This document shows, in pieces, positions 22,056-32,000 of a stretch of 32,000 nt of DNA. The stretch spans positions 1 through 32,000 of the forward strand of contig OY970170.1 of NCBI GenBank assembly GCA_963706795.1, written 5' to 3'. The notes beneath the pieces were generated by a model. The model worked only from the letters and a program-made list of their open reading frames with translations. It was not told the origin of the DNA and did not search any database. Origin of the DNA: Candidatus Saccharimonadota bacterium. GTDB taxonomy: Bacteria; Patescibacteriota; Gracilibacteria; BD1-5; UBA2023. Position 1 is the first letter of the stretch, and the number at the start of each line of letters is the position of its first letter. A program made the translations under genes and the position numbers.

Positions 22056-22445
22056 ATGGAAGAAATAAAAGAAGACATAGATGTATTAACACTTTTAAGG
22101 CAGGCACACGAGCCAAAAGAGCTCGTGATCCTCACGAAGTTAGATCTCATGATCATGCAGCAAACATTGCTTTGGATATTTGATGCATACGAAGGTGGCG
22201 AAGCAGCATATCAGTACACAATAGAAAATCTTGCATTCCAGTTTGAGCGCTACATAGCCCAGGCCCACCGTGAAAGATTGGAAGTAACTGCACACGATAT
22301 AGAAGTATTTAGCGCCATCATTGCCAATATTCGCAAGCATGTTTTCTCAGCATTTGATGAATCACACGAAAGGTATTCCCCAACTTTCTGCGATCTCATA
22401 GCTTCATTCGAAGAAAGATATACAGCAACAAAAATAGATATCTAA
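22056..22445 (+). CDS. Hypothetical acidic protein, predicted all-alpha (129 aa)
   Basis: Intact ORF with GGAG 7 nt upstream. No TGA. Stop TAA, followed by a strong terminator. Confidence 0.6.
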   Translation: MEEIKEDIDVLTLLRQAHEPKELVILTKLDLMIMQQTLLWIFDAYEGGEAAYQYTIENLAFQFERYIAQAHRERLEVTAHDIEVFSAIIANIRKHVFSAFDESHERYSPTFCDLIASFEERYTATKIDI

Positions 22446-22454
22446 TCCTTCCCT

Positions 22455-22486
22455 AAACCCGCCATATCCATGGCGGGTTTTTCTAT
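22455..22486 (+). terminator. Rho-independent terminator
   Basis: AAACCCGCCAT-ATC-CATGGCGGGTTTTT. Confidence 0.8.
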
Positions 22487-22510
22487 TCTTCGTAGGCTAT
22501 ACAGAAATAG

Positions 22511-22539
22511 TTGACACTAGTTCATTTAATTTTATAAAT
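22511..22539 (+). promoter_or_regulatory. Sigma70-like promoter for the 22612 gene
   Basis: TTGACA (22511-22516), 17-nt spacer, ATAAAT (22534-22539). AAAGGAG SD about 8 nt before ATG 22612. Confidence 0.5.
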
Positions 22540-22611
22540 TACCCACTCTATGCGGCACAAAACCTGCCTCAAATGACCAAAAATCCAAACCAATCCAGAA
22601 AGGAGCACTAA

Positions 22612-23343
22612 ATGGCTACCAAAAATAGACATGTTGTAGCAACATGGGAGCAGATTAACATCATACACAGAGCAATAAAAGAAGTGCTTGCGTATTGCCT
22701 ACGCAATAAAGGTAAAGCACACGGTATATTCCGTGCGACGATCGCAAATGTAGCCGATATCGAACGTGCACTCACTCAGTTAGTGGGCAAAAAACCACGA
22801 GCTGGTCTGGATTCTACTCATACAATCTCTGCTCTAGATTGGCTCATATATACTGCACCAATAACGGTATTTCTGTTCAAAGCTGTAACAAGGCCAGAGG
22901 ACAATAATACCAACCCTACGGTCGCCAATAAATTGAACGAATTACTCACGCAAGCCGTTCAAATAATCGAAGCGGTAGAAACAAAAGCAACCGTGTACTA
23001 TACGCTGTCCGAAAACCAGTTTAGTGGAATAATGGACATCTATGTCGCAATTGACCGCCTCTACACGGCATCTCCAGAAAAAAACGAACCGCTCGTTGAG
23101 TGTGTTCGTTCCGAACTCACGGCACTACAATTGAAGCTGGAGACAACAAACTCTCCGCTCGAAATGTCGCTCAAATCCTTCGGAAAATTTTATGTAATTA
23201 CCGTAGTATTCTCCGCTGAACTCAAGGCCAGCAGAACCCTTCAAAATCTTGCGCATCATGTGATTGTTCCAACATTGAATATCACATATAAGCAAAGAAT
23301 GGCCGATCATATAATACATAATCTGGTCAACCAACCCTGGTGA
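22612..23343 (+). CDS. Hypothetical alpha-helical protein (243 aa as drawn; ends at TGA, see findings)
   Basis: Good SD and promoter. No internal TGA. The ORF ends at TGA 23341-23343, with a terminator hairpin 43 nt downstream. Under code 25 the frame stays open to TAA at about 23704-23706. Confidence 0.55.
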   Translation: MATKNRHVVATWEQINIIHRAIKEVLAYCLRNKGKAHGIFRATIANVADIERALTQLVGKKPRAGLDSTHTISALDWLIYTAPITVFLFKAVTRPEDNNTNPTVANKLNELLTQAVQIIEAVETKATVYYTLSENQFSGIMDIYVAIDRLYTASPEKNEPLVECVRSELTALQLKLETTNSPLEMSLKSFGKFYVITVVFSAELKASRTLQNLAHHVIVPTLNITYKQRMADHIIHNLVNQPW

Positions 23344-23385
23344 TGTAAGCCATGTATACAAAACATCCGAGAGAAATCTCACTTC

Positions 23386-23418
23386 AAGCCGTACCCATTT
23401 AGATACGGCTTTCTTTTG
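23386..23418 (+). terminator. Rho-independent terminator
   Basis: AAGCCGTA-CCCATTTAGA-TACGGCTT followed by TCTTTTG. Confidence 0.55.
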
Positions 23419-23455
23419 CAGGAGCCATTCTTGCAATTTCTCGGTTTTCTATACT

Positions 23456-24970
23456 ATGTTGGCACTTTTCGCCGAGCACATTTTTATGAAAGCAAAAAAC
23501 GAACTTCCGTTCTTTTTGAGAGAGTGATTTCTCTCAAAGTTGCCAGCAGTCCTGCTCGTTGGAATCTTTATCGTGCCACTCGCACTCATCAAGATCAATT
23601 ATCAGATCGGACTCTTCTTTATTGCCTTTTATATCGCGTATTGGGCAATCAAGGTATTTGAGTCGTATTATTATGTTCTCAAGTCCTACATTGAGCTCGT
23701 AGATTTTAATAAGACAGACTTCTCTAAAAATGAATTCCTTTTGGAGAATGGCAAAAATATTCACCACGTCGTAGTTGTACCTATATATACCGAGCCATAC
23801 GACGTCATCGAAGAGAATGTCATGGCCATCCTCGAGAATGAATATGCATTCATGGATAAGGTAACCATCCTACTCGCAACCGAAGCTCGCGCTCCAGATG
23901 CCGAAAAGCACGCCCAGACAATCATCAAAAAATTTGCGAATTCTGCGGTCAAGATCGTCAATATTGTCCACCCAGAAAACATTCCTGGCCATGGTAAGGT
24001 GAAGGGGTCCAACATCACCTACGCCGTTCAAGAATACGAAAAACTCCAGACACTCGATCCACACAACACCTATATCTCAACGATTGATACGGATACCAAA
24101 GTCGAAAAGAGCTTCTTTTCGATCGTGACCTACTGTTTTGTGAGCACGGAATACCGTGATCAGGCGATCTACCAATATACGCCCGTCTACGCAAATAACT
24201 GGATCCATGGGACATTCTTTGCACGACTCATTGCGATGGGTACGACATTTTGGCAGCTTTTTGAGTCTCAAAATCCTGAGTTCTATCGCAATTTTGCGGT
24301 CTATGGACAATCACTTGAATGTCTCAAGCGCTCTGACTATTGGTCACGAACTTCGATCGTAGAAGACGGCCTTCAGTACTGGAGAAGCTATTTTGCATGG
24401 GATGGAATGTTCCGCATCGTCAACGTTCCTGCTGTATGTCGCATGGACCTCGTAGATGAAGAAAATCTCTGGAAGACTGTTAAATCCCAATACAAACAAC
24501 TCAGACGCTGGTCATGGGGATGTACAGATATCGAATTCGTTCTTCCACAATTTTATAAGAACAAGAAGATCCGATTTGGAGAAAAAATCCGTAAATCCGT
24601 CTATCTCATCCAAAATCATCTTTTTTGGGCTGGCTGAGCATTTATGCTGTTCTTTATCGGCTATATTCCAGGGATTTCTGAGAGTCTACGTAACTCGATC
24701 GCAATCCTCACGGTCCCACTCGCAAGCTCAATCATATTTACGACGCTCTTTGCTACGGTCGTATTCCCAAGCTTCATGTCGATCCATATCATGAAGCGGT
24801 ATACAAAATTCCGAAAGCGAGATTACATCTATAATATCTTGCAGTGGCTCGTCGTGCCGCCGCTCACACTCACACTCTTTTCGCTTCCTGCTATCGAGAG
24901 TCAAATTCGTCTCTTCCTTGGAAAGCGTATCGACCATTTCGAGACTACTCAAAAAATGAAACGTAAATAG
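23456..24970 (+). CDS. Integral-membrane processive family-2 glycosyltransferase (cellulose/chitin-synthase-like); start at 23456 or 23486
   Basis: VVVVPIYTEPYDV, GKVKGSNITYAV (K-A-G-N-like), TIDTDT (DxD), VEDGLQ (ED), QYKQLRRWSWG (QxxRW). N- and C-terminal TM bundles. TGAs at 23525 and 24635 join the fragments. Stop TAA 24968-24970. Confidence 0.85.
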
Positions 24971-24973
24971 CCC

Positions 24974-26296
24974 ATGCTCAATAGTTATCAGGAAGAAGTT
25001 CGTCGCAAACGTAATGCATACCGAGTTTTCTGGCTCGTGGTTTTTGCCTTTGCCTTTTTACTCTATATGTTTTTTCAGGGATATTACATCTCTGTGCAGG
25101 TAGGATTTCAGGATCTTTTACGAGCAGCTAATCCTGTAAATTACAACACGAATACTGGGGGAAACGTACAGATGCTTCGATCTTTTGGAATCGTAAATAT
25201 CCAAGTAAATCCCAATCCAAGCGTCCTTACGATTAACAAAGTTGGCTACCAAAATGGTTCAAAGAGCATCTTTGACTACGGAGAATACCGCATTGATATC
25301 GAAGAACCCGAATACGTACCCATCCATATTCGCACGACACTCGATCGACAGAATCCATTCTACATCAATACCATTCGCCTCCTCAAGACGCCAAAGGCTA
25401 CAGAGCTCGCTCATTATTTTGAGAGCGTAGACAATATCACCACCGGTAAGTACCTTGCAAAAACACAAAGCGGAAGCATCAAGGAATACGAGATTTTTGA
25501 TAGTACATTCCTCACTGGTGCAACGCTTACGGGAGCAACAAACAGTGGCAATCTTAACTATATCGGCGACCGTTATTTTAAGTCGGGTGAGAAGCTCGCA
25601 CTCTATGATGAGGCCACCGAAACGCTTCGTAATTTTGAGAAGCCAAAATCCTTTACCGGTGCCATCTGTGCTGATCTCAAGAGCATCAAGGGAGATCTTT
25701 TTTGCCCAAACGCTGGTATCTTTTTGACTGGTAAATACTTAGGATCCAAAGAGCAGATCATAGAAGCAAATGATCGAATCATCCGACTCAAATCAACTAT
25801 TACTCAAAATGGCGGTGGATTCTTTAGTAGCGCCTACACACTCTCTGGAGGCCTCACTATCACCGGAAGCACCGATCTCGTTCGTATCGATGACGAGAAC
25901 CTCCTCCTCGCCAACAATCGCCTCTGGAATATCGATAAAGGTGGTATTCCTAAAACCATTGTTCCATTTAACAAAGTTGAACACGTCGCAAATTTCCCTG
26001 ACGAAACTCTCATCTTTGGTAAAAAGGTAGATGGCACAAGCGCCTTCTCTCTCATGGATGCCCGTGGGAATATCTTCTCGCTCGATCTCCCAAACTACGA
26101 CTTTAAAAAAGTCAGCGTCACGAAGCACTCAGGTGCCTATGTTATCAATACTGACAAGGAAGTATTCCTCTACTACAAAGGTGCTATTACCGTTACTCCA
26201 ATAGCCGAAGGAAAAATCCTTGGAATATTTGATCGAGTTATCATTTTTAACAAGGACAACAAGACCTATCGCATGGAGCTCGAAGGTGTGGAATAA
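24974..26296 (+). CDS. Single-pass membrane protein with a PEGA-like domain and a large beta-rich ectodomain
   Basis: Starts 3 nt after the GT2 stop. TM VFWLVVFAFAFLLYMFF. IVNIQVNPNPSVLTINKVGYQNGSKSIFDYGEYRIDIEEPEYVPIHI fits a PEGA fold pattern. No TGA in 440 codons. Stop TAA. Confidence 0.7.
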   Translation: MLNSYQEEVRRKRNAYRVFWLVVFAFAFLLYMFFQGYYISVQVGFQDLLRAANPVNYNTNTGGNVQMLRSFGIVNIQVNPNPSVLTINKVGYQNGSKSIFDYGEYRIDIEEPEYVPIHIRTTLDRQNPFYINTIRLLKTPKATELAHYFESVDNITTGKYLAKTQSGSIKEYEIFDSTFLTGATLTGATNSGNLNYIGDRYFKSGEKLALYDEATETLRNFEKPKSFTGAICADLKSIKGDLFCPNAGIFLTGKYLGSKEQIIEANDRIIRLKSTITQNGGGFFSSAYTLSGGLTITGSTDLVRIDDENLLLANNRLWNIDKGGIPKTIVPFNKVEHVANFPDETLIFGKKVDGTSAFSLMDARGNIFSLDLPNYDFKKVSVTKHSGAYVINTDKEVFLYYKGAITVTPIAEGKILGIFDRVIIFNKDNKTYRMELEGVE

Positions 26297-26311
26297 ACTG
26301 CATTAACGCAT

Positions 26312-26348
26312 AAAAAAAGCATGGCTGTACTCCATGCTTTTTTATTTT
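26312..26348 (+). terminator. Rho-independent terminator
   Basis: AAAAAAAGCATGG-CTGTACT-CCATGCTTTTTTTATTTT. Confidence 0.75.
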
Positions 26349-26402
26349 CTCATATAAAAACTTGAGAAAACTAGACAATCCGTATTGTTATTGAAGAAAA
26401 CA

Positions 26403-26431
26403 TTGAAGAGCGGCGCATATTTCGTTATATA
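26403..26431 (+). promoter_or_regulatory. Candidate promoter for the 26450 gene
   Basis: TTGAAG (26403-26408), 17-nt spacer, TATATA (26426-26431). Confidence 0.3.
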
Positions 26432-26449
26432 TTCCATAAGGTTCCACTT

Positions 26450-28546
26450 ATGTCTCAAAATATTTCTCTCGCATCTGCGACAAACACGGGTAAAAATACC
26501 CAAAGTTTCTTCGAGCGATCTTCGCTTGCACTTCAAAAGATTATCAAAAAAGCGAGCGGAGCCAGTCAGCAAATTCTTGCGTCTGTTGGACTCGCCTCAG
26601 CACTCGTGGCAACTGACGCAGCTGCAGATTACAAGACACCAAAAAATACCGAGGATCGTTTTTATGTGCTCAATGCCAATGCACCCGAGCCTCGCCGTGA
26701 GATTATTCTCACACCCCACACATCAGCCATCCGCCGCGAAACTGCCATCTACCAAGAAATCGAGGCGACTGAAGCTCCCTCAAAAAAATCGCAGGCAAAA
26801 TCTGTTTCACTAGTTGGATCAAAAGCATCCGAACCAAAACATGCCCCTATTCCTGTTCAATCAACTCCGCAGATTGTCACACTCACTCCACCAAAGCCTG
26901 CTCCAGTTCGCACCGAACAAAAAATCATCGCAGTAGCACCACAGACTCCAAAAAAATCTGAAGCTCCGATTAATAAAATTGATCGCATTGTTCCAGTTGA
27001 TAACTCAGATATAAAAGTTCCATTTGTTGATGGCCAAGTGCTTGCGCTTCGTAATTCTCATGCGAATGTTCGCGATATTACGGGAGATACCTTCAGTCCG
27101 ATTGCTACGATCCAAAAGCGCGATAACGACACGATTACGTTCGATGCAAATCGCCCAGTAAAGCGAAATGAAGCAATGGATATTACTTTTTATCCAGTCA
27201 CTATCACGAGCAAGGATCAGTCGGTAACCTCAGGATATATTTCGAGTATTCTCGTAGGTGAATTTGTTGCACCAAAAGCAAGGACCGTAGCTGTAAAGAG
27301 CTATCGAAGCACCCAATATGTTCGCAATGAGAAGCTCAGCGACGAAGAAAATGAATGGCGAGAAAAGCTCTCCAAGATGGAGCCATATATCGACTATGGA
27401 ACCAAATACCAATTCCGAACACCACAAGAAGAGCTCAAACAGATCATCACAAAAGTCGGACTGGATGAGAAGCAACTCGATGCGCTTATTCCTTTGATCA
27501 GCCACATTGCTCAGCATGAGAGCAATTGGAATTACGGAGCAAAGGGAGAACGAATTACACATAATTCTGTGCACAAAGGTACGCAGGCACTCGGGTTTAT
27601 TCAGGTTATGCCATATAACTGGTATCGATGGTCAAAAGAGCAGAACGATGGAGTGGTGGTAGATGTAACAGATGTAAATCAAGAAAAAATCGGTCTCGGA
27701 GCGATCGGTGCTTACTACAAAAAGTATCAGGACCGTGGACTCAGCTTTGATTCAATGCTCAATGAACTCGCGATGGACTGGTACGGACGCACAGTGGTCA
27801 ATGGACTCCCCTCTCCTAGTTCATACGCAAACAGATTTATCCGATCAGTAAAAGCAGATACTGAGCATGTTAATCAAATCAAGACACTCTACGCAAGCGC
27901 ACGAAGCAGCTCTACTCCTGTAGTCGCAAAAGCAGAATCCAAAAAGCTACAAACATCAGCAGTGACTCCTGCCTTTGATGCATCAATGCTTCAAAAGGTT
28001 TCGATGAATACAGCTTCGCTCATCGATATGCCAGCAGTGAACGATTCTGCATATTACAAGTCAGCTCCAGCTATCCAAAAGGGAATGAGCAAAGTCGTAG
28101 AGCTCAAAAAATATCTCGAAAACAAGCCACATCGCACATCCAAAGAAGAATCCTACACACGGACCTTTGCAAATCTCGATACAGAGATCAAAACTGCCGA
28201 TCGATCTATCGAAACCGCAGCGAAGACCGGCGATACTCGTAATCTCATCGCATTCCAAATCAGGAAGTGAAAGGCGCTCAAGGATGCTATGTCTACCACT
28301 CTCGAAATCGCTCCAAAAGCCGAAATTCGAAATGTTCTCGCTGCTGGAATCAACGAAACCGAAACGATGATGAACAATATTATCAGCTTCAATCGAGCAA
28401 TCCAGAAGCAGTCAACAACCACAGCCAAAGCAGAAGAAGTTCCACTCAAAAATCGCAAACTTGTAGCCCGCAGAGAAGAGTTTGCCTCCAATCTCGCAGA
28501 CGCACGTCTGAATCGAGCATCGGATCTCATTCGAAGAGCTGCTTAA
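26450..28546 (+). CDS. Large (698 aa) envelope protein with an N-terminal anchor, Pro/Lys-rich linker, SH3b-like region and lytic transglycosylase (SLT) domain
   Basis: ILASVGLASALVATDAAA anchor/signal. IAQHESNWNYGAKGE...GTQALGFIQVMPYNW (E-S ... G-x-x-Q). TGA 28268-28270 joins track ORFs 26450..28270 and 28289..28546. Stop TAA. Confidence 0.75.
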
Positions 28547-28550
28547 GCAT

Positions 28551-28584
28551 AAAAAATCTCCGCCAAATTGGCGGAGATTTTTTA
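28551..28584. terminator. Bidirectional rho-independent terminator
   Basis: AAAAAATCTCCGCCA-AAT-TGGCGGAGATTTTTT (10-bp perfect stem). The rsgA TAA stop (28582-28584) lies in its T-run edge. Confidence 0.85.
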
Positions 28585-29628
28585 TCCGATTTCTGCGCGA
28601 AGTCTCAGATACGTTTTATATCGAAAATCGAGGATTTTTCAGGACTGTACAGCTTCTTTGATGCCACAATCTGACTCATGGATATGTCCACAGTCATTAT
28701 ATTTACAGAGCTTCGCATATGGCGCAAACTCTGGGAAATACATAATGAGCTCCTCCGCTGACATCTCCATAAATTCGAGTGAGCGGATTCAGGGCGTATC
28801 CACAATATACGAATCCACATCCCAAGGATAGAGCGTAGATGCTGTCGTTGTATGTCTTCCTTGTCCATCTTTGCGGCTCACGCCCGAGGCAATCGTGGCG
28901 TCTGTACCAAGCACGGCATTCGTGAGTGAGGACTTCCCTACTCCACTCTTGCCCACAAAGGCAATAGTCTTACCACGAATGGCTGCTTTGAGCTCAGAGA
29001 TTCACTGTGATGAGACGCTAGAAGTATGGATCACGGTAATACCGAGCTCATGTTCGTACCAATCAAGTACAGGATCACTAATAGGCTTGAGATCACTCTT
29101 GGTAATACAGACAATTGGTCGAATACCGGATTCTTCTGCCAAAATCATATATCGATCAATAAATCCTGGCTGAAAAGCAGGACTTTTTGCAGAAGCAACG
29201 ATCACAATTGCATCGAGATTAGCTGCAATCGACTGACGAACACGCTTATGGAGCGAGAAACGATCTCCATCTCACTTGTATCTCGCAAGGAGATTCTTGC
29301 GTGTCACTACGCCTAGGAGCTCAGATCACTCAAATGCCAAAATATCACCAATGACTATCTGATGATAATTAGGGTGTTGCATATTTAATACAACGCTCTG
29401 CATATCACCATCAGAATCAATAGATTCAATAGTCTTGGTAGTCATCGCCGGACGAATAGCCGAAACGCGAAATTCTCTCGATCATACTGGAAGCAACACA
29501 AAAACATCCTCACGCTCTGCTGATACGTGCGCTACAATGTCTTTACGTGGAATGGACTGCTTTTTTGTTTCCTTCTTTTTACGGTCTCATTTTTTTGGGC
29601 GTTCGTACTCATCGGAGAATTCTCTCAT
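28582..29628 (-). CDS. rsgA: Ribosome small-subunit-dependent GTPase A
   Basis: Codon-by-codon minus-strand read: NLDAIVIVAS, CITKSDL (NKxD-like), VGKSGVGKSSL (P-loop), VDTP-G-IRS (TGA 28789-28791 at the G3 DxxG glycine), CKYNDCGHIHESDC zinc knuckle. Seven in-frame TGAs. Start ATG 29626-29628. Stop TAA. Confidence 0.9.
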
Positions 29629-29755
29629 GACTCAGTGCAAAATTAAGATGCATCTATCATATCCACTAAACATCGATACGGAAGCACAAGATTGCACAAC
29701 GAAGTATTACGATTTGTTTTTTGATTTGAATATATTACTATCCTAAGGTTATTAG

Positions 29756-29769
29756 TTAACATATGTTAA
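29756..29769. promoter_or_regulatory. Perfect 14-bp palindrome TTAACATATGTTAA upstream of the SDR gene (possible operator)
   Basis: Perfect dyad 8 nt upstream of ATG 29777, in the divergent rsgA/SDR intergenic region. The AT-rich context lowers its significance. Confidence 0.2.
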
Positions 29770-29776
29770 ATATAAT

Positions 29777-30586
29777 ATGAAAACCATATTTATAACCGGT
29801 GCTTCTACCGGTCTTGGCAAATCTACAGCGCTTCTTTTCGCAAAAAATGGCTGGCATGTCATTGCTACAATGCGCAAACCTGAGCAATCAGATCTCACAA
29901 ATCACAAAAATATTGAGCTTGTTGCACTCGATGTCACCAATCCAAAACAGATCACCGAAGTTGTACAAAACGTCACAAAATCACACTCGATTGATGTTGT
30001 ATTTAATAATGCGGGCTACGGTCTCGCTGGTCCATTTGAAGGCACGGAAGATGCTGAGATTGTGCGTGAACTTGATACCAATCTCCTTGGTACGATGCGT
30101 GTTACTCAGGCATTTATTCCGTATTTTAGAGCGAAGAAACATGGACTCTTTATCAATACAACATCCATTGGTGGGCATGTGACATTCCCATTTAATTCGG
30201 TCTATCATGCAACCAAGTGGGGTCTCGAAGGATGGAGTGAGAGTCTTTGGTTTGAGCTCAGCAAATTTGGTATCGGTATAAAAACCGTGGCACCAGGAGG
30301 GATTCTCACGGATTTTGCAGGACGATCCTTAGTGCTTGCTACACATGACGCATATACTGAGCTTTGAGAACAGGCGAGCAAGGTTTTCTTTAATCCAGAA
30401 CGCGCAAAAAAGTACTCAACTCCCCAGCAAATCGCAGAAGTTGTCTACGAAGCAGCAACCGATGGTAAGTCAAAACTTCGCTATATCGCCGGAAAAGATG
30501 CAAAGCAAGCGTATCGCTTCCGTAGAATATTCGGAGATCGATTTTTTATGAACATGATCAACAAACTCTTCTTTGGTAAGAAATAA
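29777..30586 (+). CDS. Short-chain dehydrogenase/reductase (classical SDR)
   Basis: TGASTGLGKS (TGxxxGxG), NNAG, S...YHATK catalytic motif. TGA 30365-30367 is read through to TAA 30584-30586 (269 aa). Confidence 0.85.
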
Positions 30587-30625
30587 TTTGATCATCAAAA
30601 AAAGATATACCATGAATAAAAAAAT

Positions 30626-30663
30626 CAAATTCGAGACCAAATGTACGGGTCTCGAATTTTTCT
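30626..30663 (+). terminator. Rho-independent terminator
   Basis: AAATTCGAGACC-AAATGTAC-GGGTCTCGAATTTTT. Confidence 0.7.
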
Positions 30664-30834
30664 TTGTGATGCCCACACAGGAGTACTGCAACAACACAAA
30701 AACGACAATAGTGAATAGCTCCTTTACGGCGTATACTTAAGTGGACTTGCACAACAGTTTGCGGAATTTCTGACACATGGAAGGATGAAAGAAGATGGCC
30801 GACTACGGACATTTATTCGTTAAAACTTCATCCT

Positions 30835-32000
30835 ATGAAATATACTCGGAAATGAATCGTTGCAATTTCGATACTCTCGATTGCATCCATTTTTACACTT
30901 TGAGCGAGCGCGGCGACAACCTCGACCGTGAATCTCGGTGAAACATCAGGCTTTGCCATTTTGGCCGGCACTTCCGTCACCAATATCGGAGCGAGCACAA
31001 TTACCGGAAATATTGGAGTCAATCCTGGAACTACGATCTCAGGATTTGCCCAATGAACGGTCTTCGGAACGCAACAAATCGGAAGTACTTCTGCTATGCA
31101 GGCACAGACTGATTTAAATAACGCCTATAGCGATATTAATGGACGTGCTAATCCAACAATACTTTCGAGTGACATTGGTGGCACAACGTTGACACCAGGT
31201 CTCTATCATGCAAATGCAGCATTGAGCGTTAATGGCATCGTCACACTCGACGCACAGGGTGATCCAAATGCCATATTTGTAATCCAGGCAATGGACAGTA
31301 TGAATATAGCCTCTGGAAGTCAGATCCGACTTATTGGATCAGCTCAAGCATGTAATGTGTTTTGGCAGAGTAACAATAGCGTATTCCTTGGATCGAATTC
31401 GATCAATCTTGGTAACTTTATTGCTGCCAACTCTATTTCACTTGCCAATGGTGCCCTACTCAATGGACGTGCATTATCTCGTAATGGAAGCGTGTCACTC
31501 GACACAAATACAATCAGCGTTCCTGTATGTACTCCCCAGTCTCCTTTAGGGACTCTGCGAGTTATTACCAATGTTATCAATAACAATGGTGGAAACATGA
31601 GTGCAGCCAGTTTTACAGTACGAGTTCGTTTGAACGGAAATTTTGAAGTACCAGGAAGTCCTGCTAATGGCATGATCTCTCCAGGTCTCAGTTATAGTCT
31701 CACTGGAAGTAGTACATATGTAGTCACTGTAGATAGCAATGTCTATCCTTATGCAACTGCACAATTCGGAACGGATTGTAGCGCACAGGGATCTGTATAT
31801 CTACCTGTTGGCGCAATACGTACTTGTACGATTACACTCGATGACATTGCCCCAATTGACGTATGTCCATACGGAGATTTTTCTCCAAATAAATATGACG
31901 GGCATTGTGTAGTACCCGTGATTGCTGTGGTCTCAAAGGCTATTCCAGCCGAGGTACCATTTGCAGGAAGCACGGTAACCTACACATATACGATCTCTAA
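30835..32000 (+). CDS. Secreted DUF3494 (ice-binding-like beta-solenoid) protein with C-terminal Ig-like/adhesin-type domains; 3' end lies outside the window
   Basis: Signal MKYTRK-G-IVAISILSIASIFTL-G-ASA. LGETSGFAILAGTSVTNIGASTITGNIGVNPGT, LTPGLYHA, TLDAQGDPNAIFVIQ, GSAQACNVFWQ, LNGRALSRNGSVSLDTNTI. Then LRVITNVINNNGG...TCTITLDDI and a TVTYTYTIS-type repeat. TGAs at 30853, 30901 and 31054. Confidence 0.8.

Noticed and set aside
29771-29779. TATAAT directly abutting the SDR ATG as evidence for a leaderless mRNA
   Set aside because: With zero spacing, the transcription start would fall inside the ORF past the ATG. This is probably coincidental AT-rich sequence.
30612-30740. 42-codon ORF MNKKIKFETKCTGLEFF...
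   Set aside because: A strong terminator hairpin (30626..30663) lies inside it, so it is probably non-coding.
31344-31973. Minus-strand ORFs 31344..31673, 31546..31764 and 31749..31973
   Set aside because: They are antisense to the clearly DUF3494-like plus-strand gene.

Overview
This 32 kb window only makes sense if UGA is read as glycine (genetic code 25, as in Gracilibacteria/Absconditabacteria-type CPR bacteria). The fragmented standard-code ORFs join in frame across TGA. By hand count about 70 in-frame TGAs occur, several at invariant Gly positions: PyrH GGGNIFRG, RsgA DTPG, QueA HVGxGTF, and the SLT GAxGxxQ motif. Every gene end I could define is TAA or TAG, with one exception. Re-translated, the window holds about 33 tightly packed genes. 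Housekeeping genes are a polymerase-domain-only polA, a SAM methyltransferase, rbfA, ftsQ, pyrH, gyrB, an ABC-F ATPase, queA, rsgA and an SDR. Envelope and accessory genes are two lytic transglycosylases, a translationally coupled Bat-like VWA/TPR operon, an MNT-HEPN toxin-antitoxin pair, an ApbE plus FMN-binding lipoprotein pair, an M29-like peptidase, a processive GT2 synthase with a PEGA-domain membrane protein, a secreted CHAP-like peptidase and a DUF3494 ice-binding-like surface protein (3' truncated). One 291-codon gene (8824..9699, minus strand) contains 11 TGAs and is absent from the supplied ORF track. Several genes lack internal TGA, have atypical codon usage and carry their own sigma70-like promoters (2633..3106, 9867..10517, 22056..23343), so they look foreign. 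One of them ends at TGA followed by a terminator, which conflicts with the recoding. No rRNA, tRNA, CRISPR or IS element was found. All functional calls come from motifs read by eye; no database search was possible.
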